Shown one piece after another: positions 21,032-30,886 of a stretch of DNA of 64,000 nucleotides. Below the pieces are notes generated by a model. The model worked only from the letters and a program-made list of their open reading frames with translations, was not told where the DNA came from and searched no databases. Every line of letters starts with the position of its first letter. Positions within the stretch are counted from its first letter, which is position 1. The stretch comes from Candidatus Latescibacterota bacterium (GTDB lineage Bacteria; Latescibacterota; UBA2968). A program made the translations under genes and the position numbers. The DNA is taken from positions 4,064,001 through 4,128,000 of the forward strand of contig OZ241986.1 in the NCBI GenBank assembly GCA_965204375.1, written 5' to 3'.

Positions 21032-24000
21032 TCAGTGATGATTTATTTTGATACCCAGTCTTTTCATTTTCCCATACAGAGTAGAAGGTGGTACTCCAAG
21101 CAACTTCGCCGCGCCCTCAGGACCCTTTATCTGATAGTTCGTAGCTTTTAGAGCATCAAGGATGTAGCGGCGTTCATATTCATTTAAAGGCACAAATTCA
21201 CGGTCTTGAGAAGCCGATAAAGTCCGCTGACCCTTATCTGCGATTCGAGAACCATACAGTCCCAGATCTCCCACTCCGATTTGAGACTCAGGACACAAGA
21301 TGACAGCCCGCTGCATCGTATGCTCTAATTCCCGCACATTCCCTGGCCAATCGCAGGCTTGCAACACCTCTATAACCTCTGGCGTCAAGGGAGCTATTTG
21401 CTTGCCCAAATGCGCCGCCAGGCGATCTTTGAAATACTCGGCCAACTCCGGGATATCCTCCTTGCGCTCGCGCAGAGGCGGCAAATACATTGGAAAGGCA
21501 TTGAGGCGGTAATACAGATCCTCCCGAAAAGCACCTGCACTGACCATCTCCTCAAGATTGCGATTCGTCGCTGCCACAATCCGCGTCTTTGCCCTCAGCG
21601 TCTCGCTGCTGCCAACGCGCTCAAACGTGCCCTCTTCCAGCAAGCGCAACAGCTTGCCCTGCGTTTCCAGCGCCATATCGCTGATCTCATCTAAAAAGAG
21701 CGTGCCACCCTCCGCCAGTTCCACCCTACCCAGTCTGCGAGAAACTGCGCCGGTAAATGCTCCTTTCTCATGACCAAAAAATTCACTATCGATCAACGCT
21801 CCGGGCAATGCACCGCAACTAACCTCTATAAAAGGCCCATCGCTATGGGCACTCAGCGCGTGTAGTGTCCGCGCTGCCAGTCCCTTGCCCACACCCGTCT
21901 CACCCAGAATCAGCACCGTTATATCAGTCGATCCTACCTTTCTAAGCTGATTTTGAAACGCCTGCAGGGCCACACTCTGACCGATAAACTCGTTGTTCCT
22001 CTGACCGTTGAGTGCGGCTGTCAGAGCTTCCATGCGCAAGTCTGGTTCGACTGAGATTTCAACCTGCGCGATCTCTGAGTAATTGAGATCGCGATCTATC
22101 GCCCGGACCTGGAATGTGTAGTCTCCCGGTGGCAATTCCCGGTAATGCGCCCGCACCTTTCGGGTTGCTGGTTGCCAATCTGCATCATAGCCCTTCAGGC
22201 GATGAATATAGAGCATATCACGGGAGGGTGTAGAAAAACTCAGACCCTTGTACTCGAAAATCACATTCTGGTCTGCTTTAGATAAGATGCCTTCCTCTAA
22301 GTCCTCATAGACCTGATCAGCGATCACCTGCAGCAGACGAATCCGGGGTGGAATGTATCGCAGACGGTAGCGGATTATAGAACCCTGAACAGTGCCAAAA
22401 TAGAAGATTCCATCGCGATCTTCGAATATCTGGCAAACCAGTCCTATATGCGGTGAATTGATGGTCTGAAAAAGCTGACCATCAAAGTGAACCACGCCCC
22501 CGTCTGTACCAAACCATAGATGACCGCGCGAATCCTCGAACAAACAACGGATGCGATTATGCGGCAAACCATCTGCTGTTGTGAAATTGTGAAAGACGCG
22601 ACCATCAAAGCAAGCCAGACCGCCCTGAGTAGCGATCCACAGGTTGCCATCGCGGTCTAAGAGCAGATCGTTGATCTTGTGGTCTATCAGCCCATCATCA
22701 ACCCCATAAAATTTAAGACCCTCTTCAGGATGCCAGCGCGCCAGACCCCTGTCGTCATTTGAGAAATGGTGGCAGGCCAAATGAAAATAGATCTCGCCAT
22801 CGCACCCGGCGACCACAGTGCCAATGCGGTCTAAAATATTTTCTTTTTTCTCCTCCAAAAAAATGGTTTGAAACTCCTCGCCCTGCTGGTAAATGAGCTT
22901 TAATGGGCTGGCCAAAAGCGCTTCTCTTTTGTTATTACAGCCCCGTTCCCAATAGCCGAAAAGGAAATTCCCCTGAGCACCCTGGACAATTGTGCTGATA
23001 CTCTTTTTCCCTAAACCTGCGGGTGATTCCATCTTTTTCAACTTCTTCCCATCATAGCGGAACAGGCCATTGCGACCACCGAACCACAGATACCCTTCAT
23101 GGTCCTCATAGATAGAGAAACAGTTGTCAACATCAAAGCCCTGCTCACGACCTAAAACTGTAACGTGCCCGTCATCAATGCGAGCGATGCTTTTGTGCAG
23201 GGTGGTGAGAACAGGAGACACAAACCCAATCCATATATCACTGCGCCGGTCTTGCACGATCTGCGAGATCTCGATAAAATCTTTGCCGAACAGCTTACCC
23301 AGATCGAAAATGCTGATACTGTGTTCTTCGTAGAGCACGATACCGCCCCAGGTGGCGAACCAATACTGATGCTCCCGATCCTGGAACACGGCTATGACCG
23401 CGGGATGGGGCAGGCCATCGGCAAGAGTAAATTCGCTGAACCCATCGCCATCCTCGTAGAGCACCCCTTCCAGGGTACAAAACCACATCCGGCCTTCCCG
23501 ATCACACTGAATTTTGCGTAGCCAACCACTCAAATCTACCTGAATAGACTGGAAGTTGCCATCGGCATAGCACCAGAGCCTGTCTCCATATCCAAGCCGA
23601 CCGATCCACACCTTGCCGGTATGGTCCTGACTCACGGCATAGCTGACTTCAGCCTGGGAAAAGCCCTCCTCTTCTTCGTAGCGGTGAAAGGATGTACCGT
23701 CAAAGCGGATGGGATATTCAGCGCCAATCCACAGATGGCCTTGTGGATCCTGGGTGATGCCCCAGCAATGGGGGATATTCCAATCCGGAATAAGCGGAAT
23801 GATGTCGTGGAAGGTCGTACCGTCGTAATACCCCAGAGTATGCTGGCCTCCGCACCATATACGCCCCTCACGGTCTTCGTAGATGGATTGCACCGTTCTG
23901 CCTGCAATGCCGTCGTCCTCCAAATGGTGAAAATTTACGCCGTCATACCAGCAAACACCCTTTGATGTACCGAACCACAATCGCTTTTGACTATCCAGAT

Positions 24001-24214
24001 AGATGGTAATAATCTGGTTGCTACAAAGACCATCCTGTTGGGTAAATGTCTGAAACGCATTGCCATCAAAGCGGCAGGTACCGTTGTCCCAGGTGGCGAA
24101 CCAGAGATAACCCTCGCTATCTTCGGCGATGTGTTGGATGCGTAAACTGGACAGGCCTTCGGATATGGAATAAGTCCGATAGGTGCCCGTGCGGTCAAGT
24201 GGCTTGATCATCAA
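21032..24214 (-). CDS. sigma54-dependent activator (bEBP) with N-terminal Reg_prop beta-propellers and Y_Y_Y domain
   Basis: repeated EDxxGxLWFGT blades; YRELPPGDYTFQVRAID; GETGVGK, GAFTGA, LFLDEI, WPGNVRELE; Fis-type HTH; no signal peptide or TM helix. Confidence 0.9.
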   Translation of the reverse strand: MMIKPLDRTGTYRTYSISEGLSSLRIQHIAEDSEGYLWFATWDNGTCRFDGNAFQTFTQQDGLCSNQIITIYLDSQKRLWFGTSKGVCWYDGVNFHHLEDDGIAGRTVQSIYEDREGRIWCGGQHTLGYYDGTTFHDIIPLIPDWNIPHCWGITQDPQGHLWIGAEYPIRFDGTSFHRYEEEEGFSQAEVSYAVSQDHTGKVWIGRLGYGDRLWCYADGNFQSIQVDLSGWLRKIQCDREGRMWFCTLEGVLYEDGDGFSEFTLADGLPHPAVIAVFQDREHQYWFATWGGIVLYEEHSISIFDLGKLFGKDFIEISQIVQDRRSDIWIGFVSPVLTTLHKSIARIDDGHVTVLGREQGFDVDNCFSIYEDHEGYLWFGGRNGLFRYDGKKLKKMESPAGLGKKSISTIVQGAQGNFLFGYWERGCNNKREALLASPLKLIYQQGEEFQTIFLEEKKENILDRIGTVVAGCDGEIYFHLACHHFSNDDRGLARWHPEEGLKFYGVDDGLIDHKINDLLLDRDGNLWIATQGGLACFDGRVFHNFTTADGLPHNRIRCLFEDSRGHLWFGTDGGVVHFDGQLFQTINSPHIGLVCQIFEDRDGIFYFGTVQGSIIRYRLRYIPPRIRLLQVIADQVYEDLEEGILSKADQNVIFEYKGLSFSTPSRDMLYIHRLKGYDADWQPATRKVRAHYRELPPGDYTFQVRAIDRDLNYSEIAQVEISVEPDLRMEALTAALNGQRNNEFIGQSVALQAFQNQLRKVGSTDITVLILGETGVGKGLAARTLHALSAHSDGPFIEVSCGALPGALIDSEFFGHEKGAFTGAVSRRLGRVELAEGGTLFLDEISDMALETQGKLLRLLEEGTFERVGSSETLRAKTRIVAATNRNLEEMVSAGAFREDLYYRLNAFPMYLPPLRERKEDIPELAEYFKDRLAAHLGKQIAPLTPEVIEVLQACDWPGNVRELEHTMQRAVILCPESQIGVGDLGLYGSRIADKGQRTLSASQDREFVPLNEYERRYILDALKATNYQIKGPEGAAKLLGVPPSTLYGKMKRLGIKINHH

Positions 24215-24274
24215 AAAGAACCCTATGATATGAATAAAAAACTGGTTTATAAATTGTAGCTCGCATCTGTAAAC

Positions 24275-24480
24275 TAAATAATAATGATTTCTAAATATTC
24301 AAGAACAAAATGCGCCTTGATCATTTGCCAAAATTTCCTTCTTTATTTTTTCATACTTTTAAGTTGGAGTAACGGCTGCAACCGATAGACAGATAGGAAA
24401 CTTAGTCCTGGGTCTGAGTCGTCTATCTTCAAGATAAGGTCTTTAATTTTCTCATCCAGTTTGAGCAACTGTAGAATCAA
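24275..24480 (-). pseudogene. degraded fragment of a small protein resembling recombinase-cassette accessory proteins
   Basis: hand translation ILQLLKLDEKIKDLILKIDDSDPGLSFLSVYRLQPLLQLKSMKK*RRKFWQMI; no proper start, internal TAA. Confidence 0.4.
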
Positions 24481-24749
24481 TGCGATCAACTCTTTCACCA
24501 CATCGCCCATTCACCGATCAAAATATACACTTTTGTCGCCAACGCTCGATCCCCGCGTCAACAGACAATCCACAAATTCAAGTTGTGAACAATCCCCCAA
24601 TACAGCATATTAAATGCATAATGAGGTGCCTGAGTTTCTGTCGAGCTTTTTTGTTGCTCAATTTTGTGATATTGGCCTGATATTTGCTTGAGTTCTGACT
24701 GTTGCGTTTGTCCAAAATACGACCAACCTTCAGAACAGAGGAAGCAGAA

Positions 24750-25133
24750 GTGTCAGACGTCCACAATTCAATTAAAGAATATAAAGGCATTCTGGGACAG
24801 GTCACTTCACCCCTAATATTTTTTGCTCTGGCACTTCTGGTCATTGAAGGAATCATTGGGATTACAGTCGTCAAATCAAAACTCGACGCTATACAGCAAT
24901 TCTACATGATTCTTGTTATGGCCTTTTTATTTTTGGCTGTTGTTGGTCTCGTTGCCTGGATTACTGTGAAATATCCGTTGAACTTAATGGATAAAGTTGA
25001 TGAAAGCATAGCACGCAATGAAGTGATTGAAAATTTTGTTGAAAGTGACATGTTTAGAGATACTGTCATCGACATCGTAACTGATATTGTCCAGCAGGCA
25101 CAATCAAAGGAGCGAGAAAATGGATCAAAATGA
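24750..25133 (+). CDS. hypothetical two-TM membrane protein
   Basis: two hydrophobic helices; GAGGA RBS before GTG 24750. Confidence 0.55.
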   Translation: MSDVHNSIKEYKGILGQVTSPLIFFALALLVIEGIIGITVVKSKLDAIQQFYMILVMAFLFLAVVGLVAWITVKYPLNLMDKVDESIARNEVIENFVESDMFRDTVIDIVTDIVQQAQSKERENGSK

Positions 25134-25389
25134 ACGAGGAACGATAAAGGAGATTGTCAAAGTGATCTATCACTCCAGGGGAGATTGGCGCACGCCGGGG
25201 GGTATTGCAAGGGCTCTCCAACTTCCTTCTGAGACTGTAACCCAAATCGTAAAAAGCCATCCCGAATTTTTTATTTTAGCAGGTGACGACCGTGCGAAAT
25301 ATGCTCTTCGTCCCGGCGGTCTCGATGCCGTGTCACTCACTGATAATGCGCGAGACTTATATCTCCAGGAACTAACGCTGAGTTCATAG
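25120..25389 (+). CDS. small putative winged-helix protein
   Basis: AAGGAG RBS; overlaps the upstream gene; WRTPGGIARALQLPSETV HTH-like segment. Confidence 0.5.
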   Translation: MDQNERGTIKEIVKVIYHSRGDWRTPGGIARALQLPSETVTQIVKSHPEFFILAGDDRAKYALRPGGLDAVSLTDNARDLYLQELTLSS

Positions 25390-25420
25390 CTCACGACACA
25401 TCTCACCCTATCTTCAATCT

Positions 25421-26686
25421 TTAAGGACTAAAAAACACGCGATTATTGATCACCTCACCTGCCTCTTTATCCGGATAACGAGACTCCCCATCAAAAAAAA
25501 CAAAAGGTGGGAATTGCCCTGCGGGAATGGTATTGGCGCCAGTGGGACGTTCCAGATTCGCCTCATTAAAAATCGCATCCTGCGGCAAAGCGAGCTGCGA
25601 TTCCCAATCCCCATCCTGCAAAGTCAACCAGATCAGGCGTTTATCCTCTGTCTCCCAGTTCAATCCACGCGTGGGTTTGCCATCATTCCAGCCCTTCCCA
25701 AGCGGCTGAAGCTCCAGCAACGCATAAAGCGTACCCGCTTCATCCACACTAAACGCCCCTCGACACCCCGTCGGACGGTGATCTGGAAAACCCGCATCAA
25801 TGGACTTTCGCTGCCACACACCCTGTGCATCGAGCCGGGCATATACAATCTCCCCCGGCTCATCCAGATGCGAAACATAGAGAATATGTGGTCCCTCAGA
25901 AGAAACCACAATACACCCCTGTGAGAGCACCTCGGGACGGGGCATAGGCTCGTGGCGTTCATCCTCCTCAGAACGAACGAGAATATCGAGCTGCTCGGGC
26001 CGCGCTGGCAACTCGACGCGCGCACCATCGGCCCTCTCCCAAGACTCGCCACCATCTCGACTGCACATATAACACACAGCCTGATGTAACCCACGCTGAT
26101 CGCGGATGCCTATACCCTCATAAAAATCCACCACAAGATGAATAACGCCATCAGCATCGATAGCCATACCCGTTTGAAACGCACCGTAACCAGTATAATC
26201 CTCACGGCGTTTAATCAACTTCCCGCGTTCTCGCCAGGCTTCACCCTTATCTTTAGAATAAAAATCCACACCATCCCAGCGATTGGGCGACCGCACCGTT
26301 AAAAAAAGCGCATCATCCAAACCGCACACAACAACCGGATAAGTCCCCGAACCAGCCGGCTCACCCTCCGTCCATTCACTCGCATCATTGGGCCGCACCG
26401 ACCGCCGATATGTCACTGGCGAATTATGACCGCTCATAATAGCCTGCAAATAGCCCTCGTGGTCAATGGTCATAACCGGACGCGCGTGATTATCGCGCCC
26501 CTGATTAAGCGTGAACGGTCCCAAACATTCCCCAGTATCGCGATCAAAAGTGCAAACCCTGTTAAAATAGCCCTCACCTGTCACATCCTGCCAGACCACA
26601 TGCGTTCTGCCATCGTGCGTAACAACCTTATTCCCCGCGCCAGAAGTTGCGCGTTCACTGCCAACTTGAGAGATTAATCTGGACAT
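25421..26686 (-). CDS. BNR-4 repeat-containing protein
   Basis: DNHARPVMTIDHEGYL..SGHNS motif, TYP, Asp-box SRDGGESW; GGGAG RBS. Confidence 0.7.
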   Translation of the reverse strand: MSRLISQVGSERATSGAGNKVVTHDGRTHVVWQDVTGEGYFNRVCTFDRDTGECLGPFTLNQGRDNHARPVMTIDHEGYLQAIMSGHNSPVTYRRSVRPNDASEWTEGEPAGSGTYPVVVCGLDDALFLTVRSPNRWDGVDFYSKDKGEAWRERGKLIKRREDYTGYGAFQTGMAIDADGVIHLVVDFYEGIGIRDQRGLHQAVCYMCSRDGGESWERADGARVELPARPEQLDILVRSEEDERHEPMPRPEVLSQGCIVVSSEGPHILYVSHLDEPGEIVYARLDAQGVWQRKSIDAGFPDHRPTGCRGAFSVDEAGTLYALLELQPLGKGWNDGKPTRGLNWETEDKRLIWLTLQDGDWESQLALPQDAIFNEANLERPTGANTIPAGQFPPFVFFDGESRYPDKEAGEVINNRVFFSP

Positions 26687-26788
26687 ATCGAACTCCCTTG
26701 AGTGTATCATATCCTGAACCGCTCAAAAACCGATCACGGATTAATCGGATGACGCGGAAATACGCGGATTAGAAACCAAAGCTACTGA

Positions 26789-27814
26789 TCACATGCTAAA
26801 CCGCTCAAAAATCAGATATTGATACGAATGTTCTTCCCCCGCCTCATACAAACACCCAACATCTCCATCGGGTAACAGAGCCAGACAGGAATACGCTGCC
26901 GGACCCTCGTGCAACAACTTTTCCCGGGACCACGTCTGCCCACCATCCTCGCTCAACCGCACAGTCATATTCTCGCGCTCCCCTCGTCCCTTCCCCGGAT
27001 AAAACCGATCTCCAGCTTCGGGACTTTCTATCGGCGTGAGCGACACGGGATTTGAAAAAAACAATCGGTCGCCTTCGCCTATCAAACTCGCCTGACATTT
27101 TGGACACGGCAAATTCGCATCGTGTACAACCTCCGACCAACTGTGTCCACCATCCCCACTCACCGAAATCCCCCGCAACCCTTCGCTATACGTCTGCATC
27201 CGAATATTCATCTTCAACGACCCATCTGATAATTCCACAACCTGGCATTCATTCGCACCCGGCGCGATCAACGCGCTCAATTGCCATGTCTCACCATGGT
27301 CATCGCTATAAATCGTATGCGAACCATTGCCATAAGTCTCATCCTCCCGATGATCGCACGGAATCACCAGCCGCCCCCTGTGCTCCCCCCATTGCAATTG
27401 AATACCAACACCCGGACCCGTCGCATACCAATTCCACGAAGGCTTCTTCACAACCGCAGTAATCTCCGTGGGATCGGCCCACGTCTTCCCATCATCCCCA
27501 CTATGCGTAATGAACACATCGTCATTCTCCCGACAAAACGGCAACCAGATCACACCCGTATCACCATCCACCGCAGGACACGGATTGCCAATCGTCACCT
27601 CTCCAGGCTCCCCGTAAATCAACAACTGTTCAGACCACGTCTCCCCGCCGTCCTCCGACCGCTTCACCAGCAAATCGAGATCCCCGTGATCCCCCCGCCC
27701 GGTGCGCCGCCCCTCGCAAAACGCCAGCAAAGTCCCCGCCTGTGTCACCAGCAATGCGGGAATGCGATACGTGTGATACCCATCTTGTCCACTGGTATAT
27801 ACATGTGTCTTCAT
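26789..27814 (-). CDS. exo-alpha-sialidase (GH33), cytoplasmic
   Basis: YRIP motif; Asp-boxes SEDGGETW, SGDDGKTW, SDDHGETW and SEDGGQTW; AAYS; LYE. Confidence 0.9.
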   Translation of the reverse strand: MKTHVYTSGQDGYHTYRIPALLVTQAGTLLAFCEGRRTGRGDHGDLDLLVKRSEDGGETWSEQLLIYGEPGEVTIGNPCPAVDGDTGVIWLPFCRENDDVFITHSGDDGKTWADPTEITAVVKKPSWNWYATGPGVGIQLQWGEHRGRLVIPCDHREDETYGNGSHTIYSDDHGETWQLSALIAPGANECQVVELSDGSLKMNIRMQTYSEGLRGISVSGDGGHSWSEVVHDANLPCPKCQASLIGEGDRLFFSNPVSLTPIESPEAGDRFYPGKGRGERENMTVRLSEDGGQTWSREKLLHEGPAAYSCLALLPDGDVGCLYEAGEEHSYQYLIFERFSM

Positions 27815-27829
27815 TTTTCCTCCCTTATA

Positions 27830-28705
27830 TTATGACCTCTCCACAGGAACCAAACGCAGCGCATTCTCGCAATAAATCTTTCGCCTGACATCCTGTGGCA
27901 AATCCAGCCTCTCCAAATGCACCTGCAGCGCATTCCCCGGAGCATCGCGCCCAAAAAGTAAACGATCCTGATATTCGATCAAAAAGCCCTGCCCCTCATC
28001 CGCCATCCGCTGTAACGCATTCAAACCAGAACCCGCCGACAAATCCGCCCACAGATTCGCATATTGTGCAAACAGATCAAACAAACGCCCCCCCGGCACA
28101 ATCGGGCCCGAAGGATATACATCCGGATCCGTCGCCTCATCCCCACTCACATGCCGCCAGAAACCAGGCGCGTGACCGACAAATATCGTATCGGGACACG
28201 CCTGCAACGCCTGCTCCAACGCGCCAATCTCCCCCCCATACCAGTGCTCCTGATACACCCCATTCAAAAACGGCGTATCAATATGCAAAACCACTGGCGC
28301 ACCCAACTCACCTGCCTTGCGAAACAACAAAATCGCACGCGGATCGTTCAACAACATGCGATAGCTCCACTCCCCACACACCCGAACGCCATGCGAATAA
28401 CACGCAGCCTCAAAAAGCCCTGCTGCATCGCCCTCCGAAGGACAGGGACAATATCCCGCCACAAACCGATCCGGATACTTCTCACACGCCCGCGAAAGAT
28501 CACTCAACGTCGTACCCGCATGTGTGCCATCGGGCCGTGCATTGACCGGATTAAATACCCGGTGGCTACTCGCGACATGCTCACCCGGCGGCAAATACCA
28601 CGTCAGCAACCACGCCACATCATACCCGAACTGATCCATCTCATTCAACACACCCTCGGCATTCAAACCGTGATAATAAACGTGATTGTGTGCATCAATA
28701 ATCAT
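27830..28705 (-). CDS. amidohydrolase family 2 protein
   Basis: IIDAHNH, VVLH, FVGHA, RLLFGRD, ENALRL. Confidence 0.85.
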   Translation of the reverse strand: MIIDAHNHVYYHGLNAEGVLNEMDQFGYDVAWLLTWYLPPGEHVASSHRVFNPVNARPDGTHAGTTLSDLSRACEKYPDRFVAGYCPCPSEGDAAGLFEAACYSHGVRVCGEWSYRMLLNDPRAILLFRKAGELGAPVVLHIDTPFLNGVYQEHWYGGEIGALEQALQACPDTIFVGHAPGFWRHVSGDEATDPDVYPSGPIVPGGRLFDLFAQYANLWADLSAGSGLNALQRMADEGQGFLIEYQDRLLFGRDAPGNALQVHLERLDLPQDVRRKIYCENALRLVPVERS

Positions 28706-28805
28706 TGTTAAACCTCTATTTCGTGATTTTTCTTGACGAAGATTCAATCCGAAAATAATATTAAGCACTGCACGATTCAAGAACGAAAATCCCAATCACG
28801 GTCAA

Positions 28806-29744
28806 ATGTCCAACTCTCAATTAGATCTCTCGACAAAAATCGCCAAAAGGCTCACCCTTAAAAACCCCGTCATCATGGCATCGGGCACTTTTGGACACGG
28901 CGCCGAATACGCGTCCCTCTTTGACCTGAGCAAAATCGGTGGCATCGTCACAAAAACCATCACCTATCACCCCCGGGCGGGCAACCCACCGCAGCGCACT
29001 GCCGAAACGCCATCCGGCATGCTCAACGCCATTGGACTGACCAACCCGGGCATCGACGCATTCATCGCCGAAAAAGTCCCACCCCTTGCCGCACTCAACA
29101 CCGGACGCATCGTCAGCATAGCGGGAACATCGGACCGGGAATTTGCCGACATGGCCGCCCGGTTCAACGACCTCGAAGGCATAGACGCCCTCGAACTCAA
29201 CATCTCATCGCCCAACATGAAAGACGGCGGCATGCTCTTTGGCTGTTCCGAACGCGCCGCCCACAACGTAACCCGAGCCGTCAAAGCCGTATCGCAATTG
29301 CCCATCATCGTCAAACTCACCCCAAACGTAACCGACATCGCCGCCATAGCCGGCGCAGTCGAAGAAGGCGGAGCAGACGGCATCGCCCTCATCAACACTC
29401 TGTTGGGCATGGCAATCGACATAGACACGCGCCGTCCCATCCTGGGAAACATCACAGGCGGTTTATCTGGACCCGCGATCAAACCCGTCGCCCTCGCCCT
29501 CCTCTGGAAAGTCGTCGAACGGGTCTCTGTCCCGGTCATCGGCATGGGCGGCATAGCCACAGCGCGCGACGCCATTGAATTTCTCATCATTGGCGCATCC
29601 GCCATACAGGTTGGAACCACAACCTTTGTTCGCCCTCTTGCAGCCCTGGAGATACTCGATGGCATTGCAGACTATTGCAAAACACACGAAATCGACCGCA
29701 TATCCGACCTCGTCGGCAGCATGCAACCACCTGCGGCGCATTAA
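28806..29744 (+). CDS. pyrD: dihydroorotate dehydrogenase (class 1)
   Basis: ASGTFG, NAIGLTNPG, ELNISSPN (Ser in place of the usual Cys), KLTPN, GGLSGPAIKP. Confidence 0.9.
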   Translation: MSNSQLDLSTKIAKRLTLKNPVIMASGTFGHGAEYASLFDLSKIGGIVTKTITYHPRAGNPPQRTAETPSGMLNAIGLTNPGIDAFIAEKVPPLAALNTGRIVSIAGTSDREFADMAARFNDLEGIDALELNISSPNMKDGGMLFGCSERAAHNVTRAVKAVSQLPIIVKLTPNVTDIAAIAGAVEEGGADGIALINTLLGMAIDIDTRRPILGNITGGLSGPAIKPVALALLWKVVERVSVPVIGMGGIATARDAIEFLIIGASAIQVGTTTFVRPLAALEILDGIADYCKTHEIDRISDLVGSMQPPAAH

Positions 29745-30177
29745 AATTTCCCACTTACTCTGCATCCTCCTCTGCGTCTCCATCATGGGATGTGCCTCGC
29801 ACCCCCGCTATCGCGCCAAACCCATCACAGACAAACCAAAAACTTCCAAACCCTCCAGGACCGTATCCCCATCTCCAAAATACCGATCATCTCAAATAGG
29901 CTACACATCTTACTACGCGCACAAATTCCACGGACGACCAACAGCCAGCGGTGAAATCTACGACATGAACGGCTTATCCGCCGCACACCGCGAACTGCCC
30001 CTCGGCACAATCATCCGCGTCACACATCTAAGCAACGGCAAATCCGTCGTCGTCAAAGTAAATGACCGCGGGCCTTTCGTTGACGGACGCATCCTCGACC
30101 TCTCCCTCGGCGCAGCCAAAAAGCTCGACATGGTCAATGAAGGCGTTGCCCGAGTCAAAATCGAAATTGTCAAATAG
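29731..30177 (+). CDS. rlpA: septal ring lytic transglycosylase RlpA family lipoprotein (start uncertain)
   Basis: lipobox IMGC; SYYA..FHGRPTASGE, AAHRELPLG, VNDRGPF..RILDLS. Confidence 0.85.
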   Translation: MRRIKISHLLCILLCVSIMGCASHPRYRAKPITDKPKTSKPSRTVSPSPKYRSSQIGYTSYYAHKFHGRPTASGEIYDMNGLSAAHRELPLGTIIRVTHLSNGKSVVVKVNDRGPFVDGRILDLSLGAAKKLDMVNEGVARVKIEIVK

Positions 30178-30183
30178 GATAAT

Positions 30184-30564
30184 ATGATGAAATGGAAAGA
30201 ATGGCAAACTGTAGCAGACGATGAAACTCTGTGGATAGATAATAAAGAAAAAGGGCTACTCAAAGCCGAATATCTGACCGCTTACGTCTTGCGCCTCTGG
30301 TTTGAAGAAGACCTCGATGTTTCAATTTATGATCTGGATTTTTATCCCCTCTTTGTTGAAGAAAATCCAGGAGGCGTTTTTGAGTTGCTACGCAATAAAG
30401 AGCGATTTCATCAGGTAATTGGCAACTATGCCTTGATTTGGCCCAATCCCGAAACAGGTGAATATGACGAACAAGCCATTGATCTTGCTCCCGAATGTGT
30501 GCGTTTTTTTTGTGAACGTTTTGGCAAAATTGTAAAAGGCCTCCAGGAAGAGCAGGTCGCCTGA
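30184..30564 (+). CDS. DUF2442-like protein (putative antitoxin)
   Basis: YVLRLWFE..GGVFELL..F..LIWPN..IDLAPE pattern. Confidence 0.6.
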   Translation: MMKWKEWQTVADDETLWIDNKEKGLLKAEYLTAYVLRLWFEEDLDVSIYDLDFYPLFVEENPGGVFELLRNKERFHQVIGNYALIWPNPETGEYDEQAIDLAPECVRFFCERFGKIVKGLQEEQVA

Positions 30565-30601
30565 TACGAAGATCGATATTTTAACAAGTCCATTCCCGTG
30601 C

Positions 30602-30845
30602 TCATTCTGCACTACCCCGCCCAATGCGGCGGCTGATATGGAGAACATTATAGCTAAACCCCATATCTAAAAAACCGCGAACAAGCGCGGCATAACCCAG
30701 CATAAACACAATCTGATCGCGCGACCACAGGCCAATACCCTCAAACCGCTCCGCCAGAAGAAAAACCGCTGTAACACCCGCCAGATTGAGAATAATATCG
30801 GAAACAATATTAATGAGAAAAAACCGAAAATCCCGCGTCATCCAC
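30602..30845 (-). pseudogene. ABC-2 family (DUF990-like) permease, 3' fragment, also truncated
   Basis: WMTRDFRFFL..IGLWSRDQIVFMLGY..ISRRIGRG; joins in frame to the 5' fragment across the IS. Confidence 0.75.
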
Positions 30846-30886
30846 GTGATTACTCCCAACGCTAAAGCAGTTGGGCTTCTTGGCGG

